Assembly (NCBI GenBank): GCA_964409225.1
Contig: CAYPCM010000004.1
Location: forward strand, 1 to 58,407
Origin: an uncultured Candidatus Saccharibacteria bacterium
Lineage (GTDB): Bacteria > Patescibacteriota > Minisyncoccia > JACPXH01
Direction of reading: 5' to 3'
Length of the DNA stretch: 58,407 bases
Shown: positions 48,417 to 56,495 of the stretch, piece by piece
How the letters are laid out: every line of letters begins with the position of its first letter
Numbering within the stretch: position 1 is the stretch's first letter
Translations under genes and position numbers: made by a program
The notes under the pieces: generated by a model
Told to the model about the DNA's origin: nothing
Seen by the model: only the letters and a program-made list of their open reading frames with translations
Databases searched by the model: none

Positions 48417-51257
48417 TTACGGACGCTCGGGCGACTCGATCCGCCTCTCCCCCTTCTCCTCCACCGGCGCCTCTGTCCGCGCCTCCGGCGTAGGCGCCGG
48501 CGGCGCAATGCCTTGAAGCGCATCTTGGCCGCCTCTAAGATTTTCCAGAATGCGCTTCACCTCCTGATTGTCGGGATTGAGCGCCGCCACTTTCTCAAAC
48601 TGTTGAATGGCTTTTTCTTTTTCGTTATTGCCGTCGTAAATAAGCCCGAGGAAATAGCGGGCATTAGAGAAGTTCTGATCCAGCCCCACCGCCCGTTCAA
48701 ACGCCGTCTGCGCACTCACTCGATCATTCGACTTATAGAGCAGAAATCCAAGCTGGAACCAAATCCCCGCGTCGTTCGGCGCCGCTTGCGCCAATTGTGC
48801 GGCCCGGTTTACGGCACTCGGTAAATCGCCCTGCCGGTCAAACACCTGCACCAAGAGGAAATGCGCCGGTCCAAAATCGGGTTTCAGTTCGAGCGCTTCT
48901 TCTAGAAACTGTTTTGCGCCGCTAAGCAGAGACGTGCGTTCGTTTTCCATTGACTTAATCTGCTCAGCCGCCTGCTGGTTGCTTTTGAGCTGCTGAATTT
49001 GGTTGGCAATGCGATCGGCAGTGCTCACGGCCGTGCGCGCCGTAAACAGTTTCGCCAGCGGGTTTACCGGATCAAGCTGGCCGGCCGCGCTATAAGCTAT
49101 ACGCGCCTCGCCTTCAGCGCCCGGCACCAGCGGCAACACGTTTTCGTATGCGAGCCCCAACGTAATCCAGTTCTGCGCATCCAGTCGGTTCAACGCCACC
49201 GCCTGACGGGCCGACTGAATGGCGTTTTGAATCGTGCCTTCAAGCTGGTTGCGCGTGGTCTGCACATCTGCTTCATTCGGCCGAAAGTCCGCAATTGTCC
49301 GCGACGCCTGCAACAGGAATGCCTGCGTGAGCGAACGATAATACGCCGGTTCTGACCCCCAGAATTGCACCGCCCGCACCAAGTGAGCCACCGCCCGGCT
49401 GGGGTCGCCCCCGCGGTTCAACCTCTCCAACCCAAACCCGTAAAACACCGTGGAAGCATAACGCTGCAACTCCAGATACCCGCCCGCCACGCCCGCAATC
49501 ATAAACAGTATTATAAGGAATGACGCGCCGAGCGTTCGATGCGAACTGCGGTACAAATCCCACCGCCGTTCGATATCGCCCATCCTATCAGTCCTATTTG
49601 TCCTATCTGTCCTATTGGACTTATCGACCCAATCAGTCCTATCCGTCCAATCCGTCCTATTTGTCATTCCGGGCTCGACCCGGAATCCACGATCGGACTT
49701 ATCGCTCCCGCCGTCGTCCCCGCCGCCGCCCGTCGCCGCAACCAGCCGCACGCTCGGCCGCTCGAAGAACGCGAATGCGCCGGTAAGCCCAAGCAACAAA
49801 GCATAAGTGGCCAGATTCAAAGAATACATAAACCACACTGCCCAGCCGAACACAATCGCGCCAAATATGCCGAGCGCAAGTTCGGGGTGCTCGCCCTTTC
49901 CCGATCGGTAAAGCGCGCGCACTGCCGCCAGCCCAAACAAAGCCATAAGCCCGAGCCAAGCAACCACACCCAGATACCCCTGCCCGGCCATTACGTTTAC
50001 GAGCGCCGACCGGCCTTGGTCAAACCGCACGCCCCAGAACGCAGTCGCGTTCAAGGCCTGCGGTTTGAAGCGGCTGTAGCCGTAGCCGAACGTGCCCGGC
50101 CCTGTACCCAGCAGAAGGCCAACTGGTCCGCGTTCAGTGAGCGCCCGCTGCGCCACTGACAGCGAAACGCCGTAGCCCGGAGAGACCTCGAGCGGCAGGT
50201 CTATAAAGGGCTTGGCCAGCGGAATCTTAAATAACGCGAGGAGCACCGATAGCGCCAACACCAGCATCGGCAACGCCAGGCCCCGCGGCAGCGCCCGCCG
50301 CTCCGGTGATTCGTCGTCCGGATTTTTGATTTTTGATTTTTGATTTTTGATTTCGGAATTTGTCCTTCCCATCACAAACGCCACCATCGCCGCCATGGCC
50401 ACCGCCAGTCCAAGCCACGTCCACCGCAGGTTTATAACCACAATGTTAATCAGGAATATGACCCCGGCCGCCCCGTACCCAAGCCGCGCCACGGCCGAAA
50501 GCCGCTCCTCGCGGGACTTCGTCGCCATGCCAATCAAAAGCACAAGCAAAATGCCAAACACAACCCCCAGATGGTTTTGACTTCCTGCGCCCGCAAAGTT
50601 GAGGTTCCGGCTGAACTCCCACGGCAAAAGGAAGGTACCCGTCACCTGAATCAAATTGAACGCGCCATAGATCGCCGCCGCTCCAATCAACCACCCCACG
50701 GCACGGCGCACGTCGTCAGCCGAGCGCCACAAGGCGGTAATCAAAAAGGCAAACAGCCCCAGACCCAAAATTCCGGGCAATGCCTCGTGGCTTAAACCGA
50801 TGTTGGCGAAGCTTTGCGTGGGCGCGGCGGAAAAGAACGCGGCCGCAACGCCAACCGCCGTGACGGCGAATATCCCCCAGTGCATAAGCGACTTGCGATA
50901 ACGCACCTCGCCGGTGGCCAGCGCCTCGCCCAGCCAACACAATAGCGCCCCCAGCACGAGCATTGCGAACACAAACTCTTTATTGAGTTCAACCGGCGCC
51001 GCCGTAATCGGCAGAAACACAAACGGCACGAGCGCGAACGCCGCATACAGCAGCCGTCGGCCCACGCTGAGCCACCATGTTTCGTCTGCAGCCGCCACTT
51101 CCCCCGGTGTAACCGCCGCGCGAATCCGTCCCAGCAGCCCTATCGGTCCTATTGGACTTATTGGACTTATTGGTCCTATCGGACCCATTGATTCCGTTAC
51201 CGGCTCCACCGACTCTGCCGGCGCTACCTCCTCCTTCCGACGCGGAAATACGTCCAT
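48417..51257 (-). CDS. O-antigen-ligase-like multi-pass membrane protein with C-terminal TPRs
   Basis: Many TM helices, LLGTGPGTF, TPR repeats (AHFLL, IWFQLG, ARYFLG). Confidence 0.85.
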   Translation of the reverse strand: MDVFPRRKEEVAPAESVEPVTESMGPIGPISPISPIGPIGLLGRIRAAVTPGEVAAADETWWLSVGRRLLYAAFALVPFVFLPITAAPVELNKEFVFAMLVLGALLCWLGEALATGEVRYRKSLMHWGIFAVTAVGVAAAFFSAAPTQSFANIGLSHEALPGILGLGLFAFLITALWRSADDVRRAVGWLIGAAAIYGAFNLIQVTGTFLLPWEFSRNLNFAGAGSQNHLGVVFGILLVLLIGMATKSREERLSAVARLGYGAAGVIFLINIVVINLRWTWLGLAVAMAAMVAFVMGRTNSEIKNQKSKIKNPDDESPERRALPRGLALPMLVLALSVLLALFKIPLAKPFIDLPLEVSPGYGVSLSVAQRALTERGPVGLLLGTGPGTFGYGYSRFKPQALNATAFWGVRFDQGRSALVNVMAGQGYLGVVAWLGLMALFGLAAVRALYRSGKGEHPELALGIFGAIVFGWAVWFMYSLNLATYALLLGLTGAFAFFERPSVRLVAATGGGGDDGGSDKSDRGFRVEPGMTNRTDWTDRTDWVDKSNRTDRTNRTDRMGDIERRWDLYRSSHRTLGASFLIILFMIAGVAGGYLELQRYASTVFYGFGLERLNRGGDPSRAVAHLVRAVQFWGSEPAYYRSLTQAFLLQASRTIADFRPNEADVQTTRNQLEGTIQNAIQSARQAVALNRLDAQNWITLGLAYENVLPLVPGAEGEARIAYSAAGQLDPVNPLAKLFTARTAVSTADRIANQIQQLKSNQQAAEQIKSMENERTSLLSGAKQFLEEALELKPDFGPAHFLLVQVFDRQGDLPSAVNRAAQLAQAAPNDAGIWFQLGFLLYKSNDRVSAQTAFERAVGLDQNFSNARYFLGLIYDGNNEKEKAIQQFEKVAALNPDNQEVKRILENLRGGQDALQGIAPPAPTPEARTEAPVEEKGERRIESPERP

Positions 51258-51312
51258 AAAATTGATCTTATTAGTCTTATCAGGCCTATTCGACTTATTG
51301 GTCTTATTAGTC

Positions 51313-51906
51313 CTATCGTCCCCAAATCTGCCTCTTCCTCTCTTCAATCCGCTTCTGAAAAAGCCGTTCTGTCCACCCGCCTTCTTTCACAAACTGCTCT
51401 TCGAGCGCCCGAATTTGTCGGTCCAGCAGAAAATTCACCTGATGGATGAGGCAAATCGCCGCATTCGCCGCCGTCTCCGGCTCGTCTAAATAAGACCTAT
51501 AAGTCCAATAAGTCCTATCTGACTTATCTGACTTATTGGTCTTATCCGTCCTATCGGACCTATACACCAACCCCCTCACTGCCTTAGCTTCCGGATCATC
51601 TTTCCCCCACTGCCTTAAGCCCCGCTGGCGCAAAAAGTCCTCATAGTCCTCTAATAACTCCTGAAACGATGCCCGCGCAACCCCGAGGAGCTTGAGCTCG
51701 CCTTTCTCAGAAGTTCGCTCGGTCGAGCCCTCCACGATATTTTGCTTGCCGGATCGCGCGGCTTGCACCATCTGGTCCGTCGTCCTATTGGACCTATATG
51801 ACTTATCGGACTTATCCGTCGCTCGAACGTAGCGGTCGCAAAATTCCACCGTGTAGTCGTAAATAATCACCGCCTGCTGATAAGATTTAAGTTCTCTATA
51901 GCTCAT
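51313..51906 (-). CDS. Four-helix-bundle protein with suffix domain (23S-IVP/Avd-like family)
   Basis: YRELKSYQ, DQMVQAARSGKQNIVEGS, VARAS..ELLEDYEDFLRQR, FVKEGG.TE. Confidence 0.88.
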   Translation of the reverse strand: MSYRELKSYQQAVIIYDYTVEFCDRYVRATDKSDKSYRSNRTTDQMVQAARSGKQNIVEGSTERTSEKGELKLLGVARASFQELLEDYEDFLRQRGLRQWGKDDPEAKAVRGLVYRSDRTDKTNKSDKSDRTYWTYRSYLDEPETAANAAICLIHQVNFLLDRQIRALEEQFVKEGGWTERLFQKRIEERKRQIWGR

Positions 51907-52037
51907 ATTCGTCTTACTAGCTGATAGACCCTATCAGTCCTATTGGTCTTATTAGTCCTATCGGCCTTATTTGACTTATCCGTCCTATCGCCCCAGCAGA
52001 TACAACTGCTTCACCTCTTGAGCCGTCAGCGCGCGGT

Positions 52038-52295
52038 TTACCCCGTGAAATACGATTTGAGGCGTCTACGCAAAAACATTTTGCCCCTATACGATTTTAA
52101 AACTCGCTCTCTCCTGCTCGCATCATCTTGTTTCTTACACGCTTCATAATAAATGAGCTCAAGCGGCCTGCGATCTTTTGTTGACTCAACCCATCCTTTC
52201 TGGTGTTCCTCAAATCGTGATTGTAAATTTTTTGTATAACCAGTATAAAGTTGCTTGTCTTTATGGCTAAAAAGTACGTATGTGTAGTAAAACAT
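52038..52295 (-). CDS. GIY-YIG nuclease (small standalone)
   Basis: YTYVL..LYTGYT..L..RF.EH..G...TK.RRP.ELIYYE....A..RE..LK. Confidence 0.93.
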   Translation of the reverse strand: MFYYTYVLFSHKDKQLYTGYTKNLQSRFEEHQKGWVESTKDRRPLELIYYEACKKQDDASRRERVLKSYRGKMFLRRRLKSYFTG

Positions 52296-52331
52296 ATTCT
52301 GTTGCAAAAAATTTACAATATTTCACGGGGT
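52040..52331. mobile_element. GIY-YIG mini-element with 13-bp terminal inverted repeats
   Basis: ACCCCGTGAAATA (52040-52052) / TATTTCACGGGGT (52319-52331). Confidence 0.8.
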
Positions 52332-52352
52332 GGAGATGCGGACTTGTTATAA

Positions 52353-54578
52353 TTAACGACCCATATTATAGAGTTGCTTTACTTCAGCAGCACTCAATGC
52401 CCGATTATACACCCGGACTTCGTCAATGAGGCCGTCAATATAATTGCCATCTGACCTTCTTCCAATTTCCAGATTTTTAGTTAAATCTTGAGTACTATTC
52501 AAAGCGGCATTAACTTCGCTTCTATCAAGCACCCCATCGAGATAAAATTTAAGAGTAGTACCTCCTGCATATGTCAACACAAAATGATACCACCTATTAG
52601 TTTGTAACGACGTTCCTCCCGCTTCAATATCTATATAATGAAAATCTGAAGCTCCACCAGTATTATCCATGGCTATTCCGCCACCTTTAGTTACGCCTCC
52701 TGATGTTAGAGTTCTAACTTCAAATTGATTATTTGCCCCTTTGGTAATTAGCATATCGTAATCAGGTGGCAATGTATCAAAATATGCCCAAGCAGAAACA
52801 GTCATACCATTAGTAGGGTCAAAATTAAGTGATGAAGCTGCAGAAACACTCACATAATCATCACTCCCGTCAAAACTCAATGCCTGTCCGAGTTTGCCGA
52901 TGGCGGGGGCGGTGGAGGTGGACATGTTGGTGATGGTGCCGTCGTTGCCTTGACCCGAGCGATCATAGGCCTTGTTGGCGGTAAAGCTCACATCCGGGCC
53001 GTCGAAGGACCATTCGCCCACCAAGCTTGAATCGCGCAAGCGAATGTTTTGCGAAGTGTTTGCGCGCACAGAGCCGGCCAGATACAACTGCTTCACCTCT
53101 TGAGCCGTCAGCGCGCGGTTATAGACGCGGACTTCGTCAATGAGGCCGGGGAAACGTAAATCGTCTGCAGAGTTCACTTTTCTATTACCTATTCTACATG
53201 TTTCCGCGCCTGTAATGTCACCGATCCAATTTGAATCATCATGCGGACCTCCACTTCGCTCTGTCAAAGATTGAGATACGCCATCAACATATATTTTCGG
53301 AGCAACCGCATCTTGAACGGCGACCACATGATGCCATACATTTTCACTAACCGCTGGTGTTGAATAGTTCATTTCATTACCAGACGGCGGGTACGCATAC
53401 AGTCCTATAAATTTTGTCCCATTTCCTTCCGAGCTATACTCAATAGCCAAGACATTAAACGCGTCTGTTGATTTGCTGACACTAAAGAGCGCCCCTCTGT
53501 TAGTGTTACTTGCTTTAAACCAAAAACTAATACTTCCTTTTGTAAAACTAGAGATCAATTGCCCAAGAACATTTGTCCCATCGGCTGGACACGATACATA
53601 ATCATCACTCCCATCAAAACTCAACGCTTGGCCGAGTTTGCCGATGGCGGGGGCGGTTGAGGTGGACATGTTGGTGATGGTGCCGTCGTTGCCTTGACCC
53701 GAACGGTCATAGGCCTTGTTCGCGGCAAAACTCACGTCTGCCCCGTCAAACGACCACTCACCCACCAAGCTTGAGTCGCGGAACCGGATGTTCTGCGAGG
53801 TGTTCACATGCGCAGCGCCGGCCAGATATAGCTGCTTCACCTCTTGAGCCGTCAGCGCGCGGTTATAGATGCGGACTTCGTCAATGAGGCCGTTGAAGTC
53901 ATACTCTGCCGCAAGAGAATTATAGATGCCGATGAGAAAAGAAACCGTCTCCGTGGGAAGCGACACGGTGGCAGTTTCTGTCGCCTCCTGGACGCCGTTG
54001 ATGTAGACGCGAAGTGTATTGCTGCCATTGTAAGTCGCCGCGCCGTGATACCAGCGACCCGGAACGATAGTGGTTGTCGTGTCGTCATCGCCGACGACTG
54101 TCGTGCCATCGTAGACGAGGCAACGCAACCGGTCGTTCGTGTTGTTGATATAACAGGAGTAACCGCTCCCGTCCGCCGAATCACGACGGGAGAATATGTA
54201 GTTATTGGTATCGTGAATCGCATTGGCCTTGAACCAAAATGAAGCCGTCCAACCAGTTGTAACATTCAATGACGAGTTAGTCCCCGCATTTACATAATCA
54301 TCACTCCCATCAAAACTCAACGCTTGGCCGAGTTTGCCGATGGCGGGGGCGGTTGAGGTGGACATGTTGGTGATAGCGCCGTTGTTGCCGCTTCCCGATC
54401 GGTCTGACGCGATGTTCGTGGTGAAATTCACATCCGGGCCGTCGAACGTCCAATACCCCACCATGCCGAGGTTATTGATGGGTCGCGTGATGCGCCCGCC
54501 GGCAGAAACATCTCTGCCAAAGCCAAAAAGGAATACACCGAGGAGAATAAAGAAAAATGCGAGAGAAAACTTTTTCAT
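52353..54578 (-). CDS. Secreted protein with three LamG/concanavalin-A-like domains
   Basis: Signal peptide; 3x W.FDG...GKLGQALSFDGSDDYV...GLIDEVR.YNRAL. Confidence 0.93.
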   Translation of the reverse strand: MKKFSLAFFFILLGVFLFGFGRDVSAGGRITRPINNLGMVGYWTFDGPDVNFTTNIASDRSGSGNNGAITNMSTSTAPAIGKLGQALSFDGSDDYVNAGTNSSLNVTTGWTASFWFKANAIHDTNNYIFSRRDSADGSGYSCYINNTNDRLRCLVYDGTTVVGDDDTTTTIVPGRWYHGAATYNGSNTLRVYINGVQEATETATVSLPTETVSFLIGIYNSLAAEYDFNGLIDEVRIYNRALTAQEVKQLYLAGAAHVNTSQNIRFRDSSLVGEWSFDGADVSFAANKAYDRSGQGNDGTITNMSTSTAPAIGKLGQALSFDGSDDYVSCPADGTNVLGQLISSFTKGSISFWFKASNTNRGALFSVSKSTDAFNVLAIEYSSEGNGTKFIGLYAYPPSGNEMNYSTPAVSENVWHHVVAVQDAVAPKIYVDGVSQSLTERSGGPHDDSNWIGDITGAETCRIGNRKVNSADDLRFPGLIDEVRVYNRALTAQEVKQLYLAGSVRANTSQNIRLRDSSLVGEWSFDGPDVSFTANKAYDRSGQGNDGTITNMSTSTAPAIGKLGQALSFDGSDDYVSVSAASSLNFDPTNGMTVSAWAYFDTLPPDYDMLITKGANNQFEVRTLTSGGVTKGGGIAMDNTGGASDFHYIDIEAGGTSLQTNRWYHFVLTYAGGTTLKFYLDGVLDRSEVNAALNSTQDLTKNLEIGRRSDGNYIDGLIDEVRVYNRALSAAEVKQLYNMGR

Positions 54579-55040
54579 GAATTCTTAATTTCCAATTTTG
54601 AATTTTGAATCAAATTCGAATGCTTGAATTTTGAATGCGCGCCTTGTTCATAGAAGAAATGATTTTCCCAAAAATGAGTGTTAGCTCCTGCGCTTCTTTC
54701 CACAGCGTTTTGATTTCTTCTCTGTGCGGCGGAAAACATCGAGCAAGCATTCTCAGCCAGTGCTTAGATTCCTGCGCTTCTTTCTTGCAAATGAAGACCT
54801 TGTTCTTAAAGTCCTTTTTGGAACTCGCCGCGTTCGCCTCCATGTAATTGGCTCCGATGCCGGTGGCCGAACGAATCAGCTGACTGATAATTGGCTTGGA
54901 TATAGCATCCTGGGGCAGCTTCTTGCAGAAATCTATAACTCTCTCACCAAACTTGGCGGTTCGTTCTTCGAGGTCATAGTTGTTTCGAGTTTCAGTCATT
55001 TGGAATTCATTCAAAATTCAAAATTGGAAATTAAAAATTC
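54579..55040. mobile_element. Four-helix-bundle cassette with 32-bp heptamer-built terminal inverted repeats
   Basis: GAATTCTTAATTTCCAATTTTGAATTTTGAAT (54579-54610) vs ATTCAAAATTCAAAATTGGAAATTAAAAATTC (55009-55040), one mismatch. Confidence 0.8.
54610..54999 (-). CDS. Four-helix-bundle protein (23S rRNA IVP/Avd-like family)
   Basis: DLEERT..F, QLIRSATGIGANYMEA..A.SKKDF..K..I..KEA.ES..WL. Confidence 0.92.
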   Translation of the reverse strand: MTETRNNYDLEERTAKFGERVIDFCKKLPQDAISKPIISQLIRSATGIGANYMEANAASSKKDFKNKVFICKKEAQESKHWLRMLARCFPPHREEIKTLWKEAQELTLIFGKIISSMNKARIQNSSIRI

Positions 55041-55685
55041 TCACCGGAACTCCCACGTCTGTAAAATCTTACCCAGCAGATCGTCCATCTCCGCATAAGC
55101 GGTGATTTGATACAGATACCCGCCGGACACAAACCACACTTCGCGCGTGTTCCCGAGCGAATCGTCGCGGCTTAAAAAGGCGAGCGCGTTTTCGCCGCCC
55201 ACCGAGACGGTCTGCGGCGTATCAATCGCCATGTCCGGAATGTCTTTCCGGATGCGCTCGGGCGTGATGGGGCCGGGCTTGCCCTGAGCGGGGTCGAAGG
55301 GCTCGTCGAATTCCGAAATGCGAATCTGGAACTCCTGCTTCTGGTCGTTTGGGTTGCGCATAAGCACTGTTTCGCCGTTGTCGTCTGGCGGCAGGGCGGT
55401 AACGGTGAACCCGGCCGGATAGCGGAACGAAAAATACGGTTTCGGGTGAGTATAAACGAGCGCGCCGGTTTCGCCGGCCGATTCTAACGACTTACGGCTA
55501 GTAGGGTCTGACCCTCCTGCGAGCGCATCTGCCCCGCCGGTTTTAACGATCGGATTTTCGGAAACAGCGGCCGGCTGCGGAGAACGCCTCAACGAAACGA
55601 ACGCGAATATCCCCGCCAGCACAAGAACGACGGCAATGAATACCGCGGGTCTTTTTGCGAATAACTCTAAGAATGGCTTTGCCAT
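55041..55685 (-). CDS. Membrane-anchored PsbP-like protein
   Basis: N-terminal TM, FSFRYP, GYLYQIT, KILQTWEF. Confidence 0.7.
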   Translation of the reverse strand: MAKPFLELFAKRPAVFIAVVLVLAGIFAFVSLRRSPQPAAVSENPIVKTGGADALAGGSDPTSRKSLESAGETGALVYTHPKPYFSFRYPAGFTVTALPPDDNGETVLMRNPNDQKQEFQIRISEFDEPFDPAQGKPGPITPERIRKDIPDMAIDTPQTVSVGGENALAFLSRDDSLGNTREVWFVSGGYLYQITAYAEMDDLLGKILQTWEFR

Positions 55686-56484
55686 AAAGTTATCTAATCG
55701 GCTCCAGCCCCATAAAGTAGGGTCAGACCCTACTTTTGCTTATTCGATGATCTCCTGGCCGAATTCTGTTTGGCCGGCCTTAAAACGAATCCATTCTGCC
55801 ACAACTTCTCTACACCTCTTTTCACTGCCGTAGAAATCAAGAAAAAAATTACGGTCCACGACATGAAGGAACTTTGGTTCCCCAATATAATCGTTATAGC
55901 TTGATGCCCAATATCCCTCGAGTTCTTTGATTGCCCTCCCCGGGTTTTTGACTTTATGTTCTTTCCAACCCGGTTCCCAGAGTTCTACCGGATTGGTGTG
56001 CACGTATGCAAAGACGGCATTCAGCTGCACATCATTTTGAATTCGTACCGCCCTAAAACGCGACTGGAAAAGCGTACCAACCCTATCGTACTGTTTGTTA
56101 AAATAGGTGGAGTAGCCGCCCATTTTTTGCATGAATTGGGAAATGCCGCCTTCCTTGATTTCACGAAGAATGACATGAAAATGATTGGGCATAAGTGTAA
56201 ATGCCAACACTTCAACTATGGGAACATTTTTCATTTTGCGCTTTTCTTCAAGCCGCTTCACTAGCTTAATAGGAGGGTCTGACCCTACTATTAACGCCCA
56301 GAGGTCTGTGGATTCGGGAGTGTTACAAAACTCCAAACCCAAAATAAACCTGTGGTAATCTTGGGGTTTCAGAAAAATTTTACGTTTCTCAACCCCGCGC
56401 TTCACTACATGATAGATTCCGTTTATTTCAAATTGTCTTGGTTGTCTTGGCATGATAGTAAACAATAGGAGGGTCTGACCCTAC
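55501..56484. repeat. Four REP palindromes G[T/G]AGGGTC[T/A]GACCCT[A/C]C
   Basis: 55501-55517, 55714-55736, 56266-56294, 56468-56484. Confidence 0.88.
55740..56453 (-). CDS. REP-associated tyrosine transposase (RAYT, IS200/Y1 HUH family)
   Basis: YHVVKRG, MPNHFH (HUH), LFQSRF, YVHTNPV. Confidence 0.92.
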   Translation of the reverse strand: MPRQPRQFEINGIYHVVKRGVEKRKIFLKPQDYHRFILGLEFCNTPESTDLWALIVGSDPPIKLVKRLEEKRKMKNVPIVEVLAFTLMPNHFHVILREIKEGGISQFMQKMGGYSTYFNKQYDRVGTLFQSRFRAVRIQNDVQLNAVFAYVHTNPVELWEPGWKEHKVKNPGRAIKELEGYWASSYNDYIGEPKFLHVVDRNFFLDFYGSEKRCREVVAEWIRFKAGQTEFGQEIIE

Positions 56485-56495
56485 TTTGCTACTTA

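Larger units (their letters stand above)
46950..51993. repeat. Dispersed arrays of a 9-nt repeat (consensus G[T/A]C[C/T]TAT[T/C][G/A])
   Basis: Arrays near 46950-46993, 47458-47492, 48052-48090, 48388-48408, 49579-49662, 51139-51191, 51265-51319, 51493-51562, 51781-51820, 51927-51993. Confidence 0.9.
51985..52345 (-). pseudogene. Orphan LamG C-terminal block split by the GIY-YIG element
   Basis: VRI | insertion | NRALTAQEVKQLYLLGR*; near-identical to 53081-53135 and 53823-53880. Confidence 0.75.
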
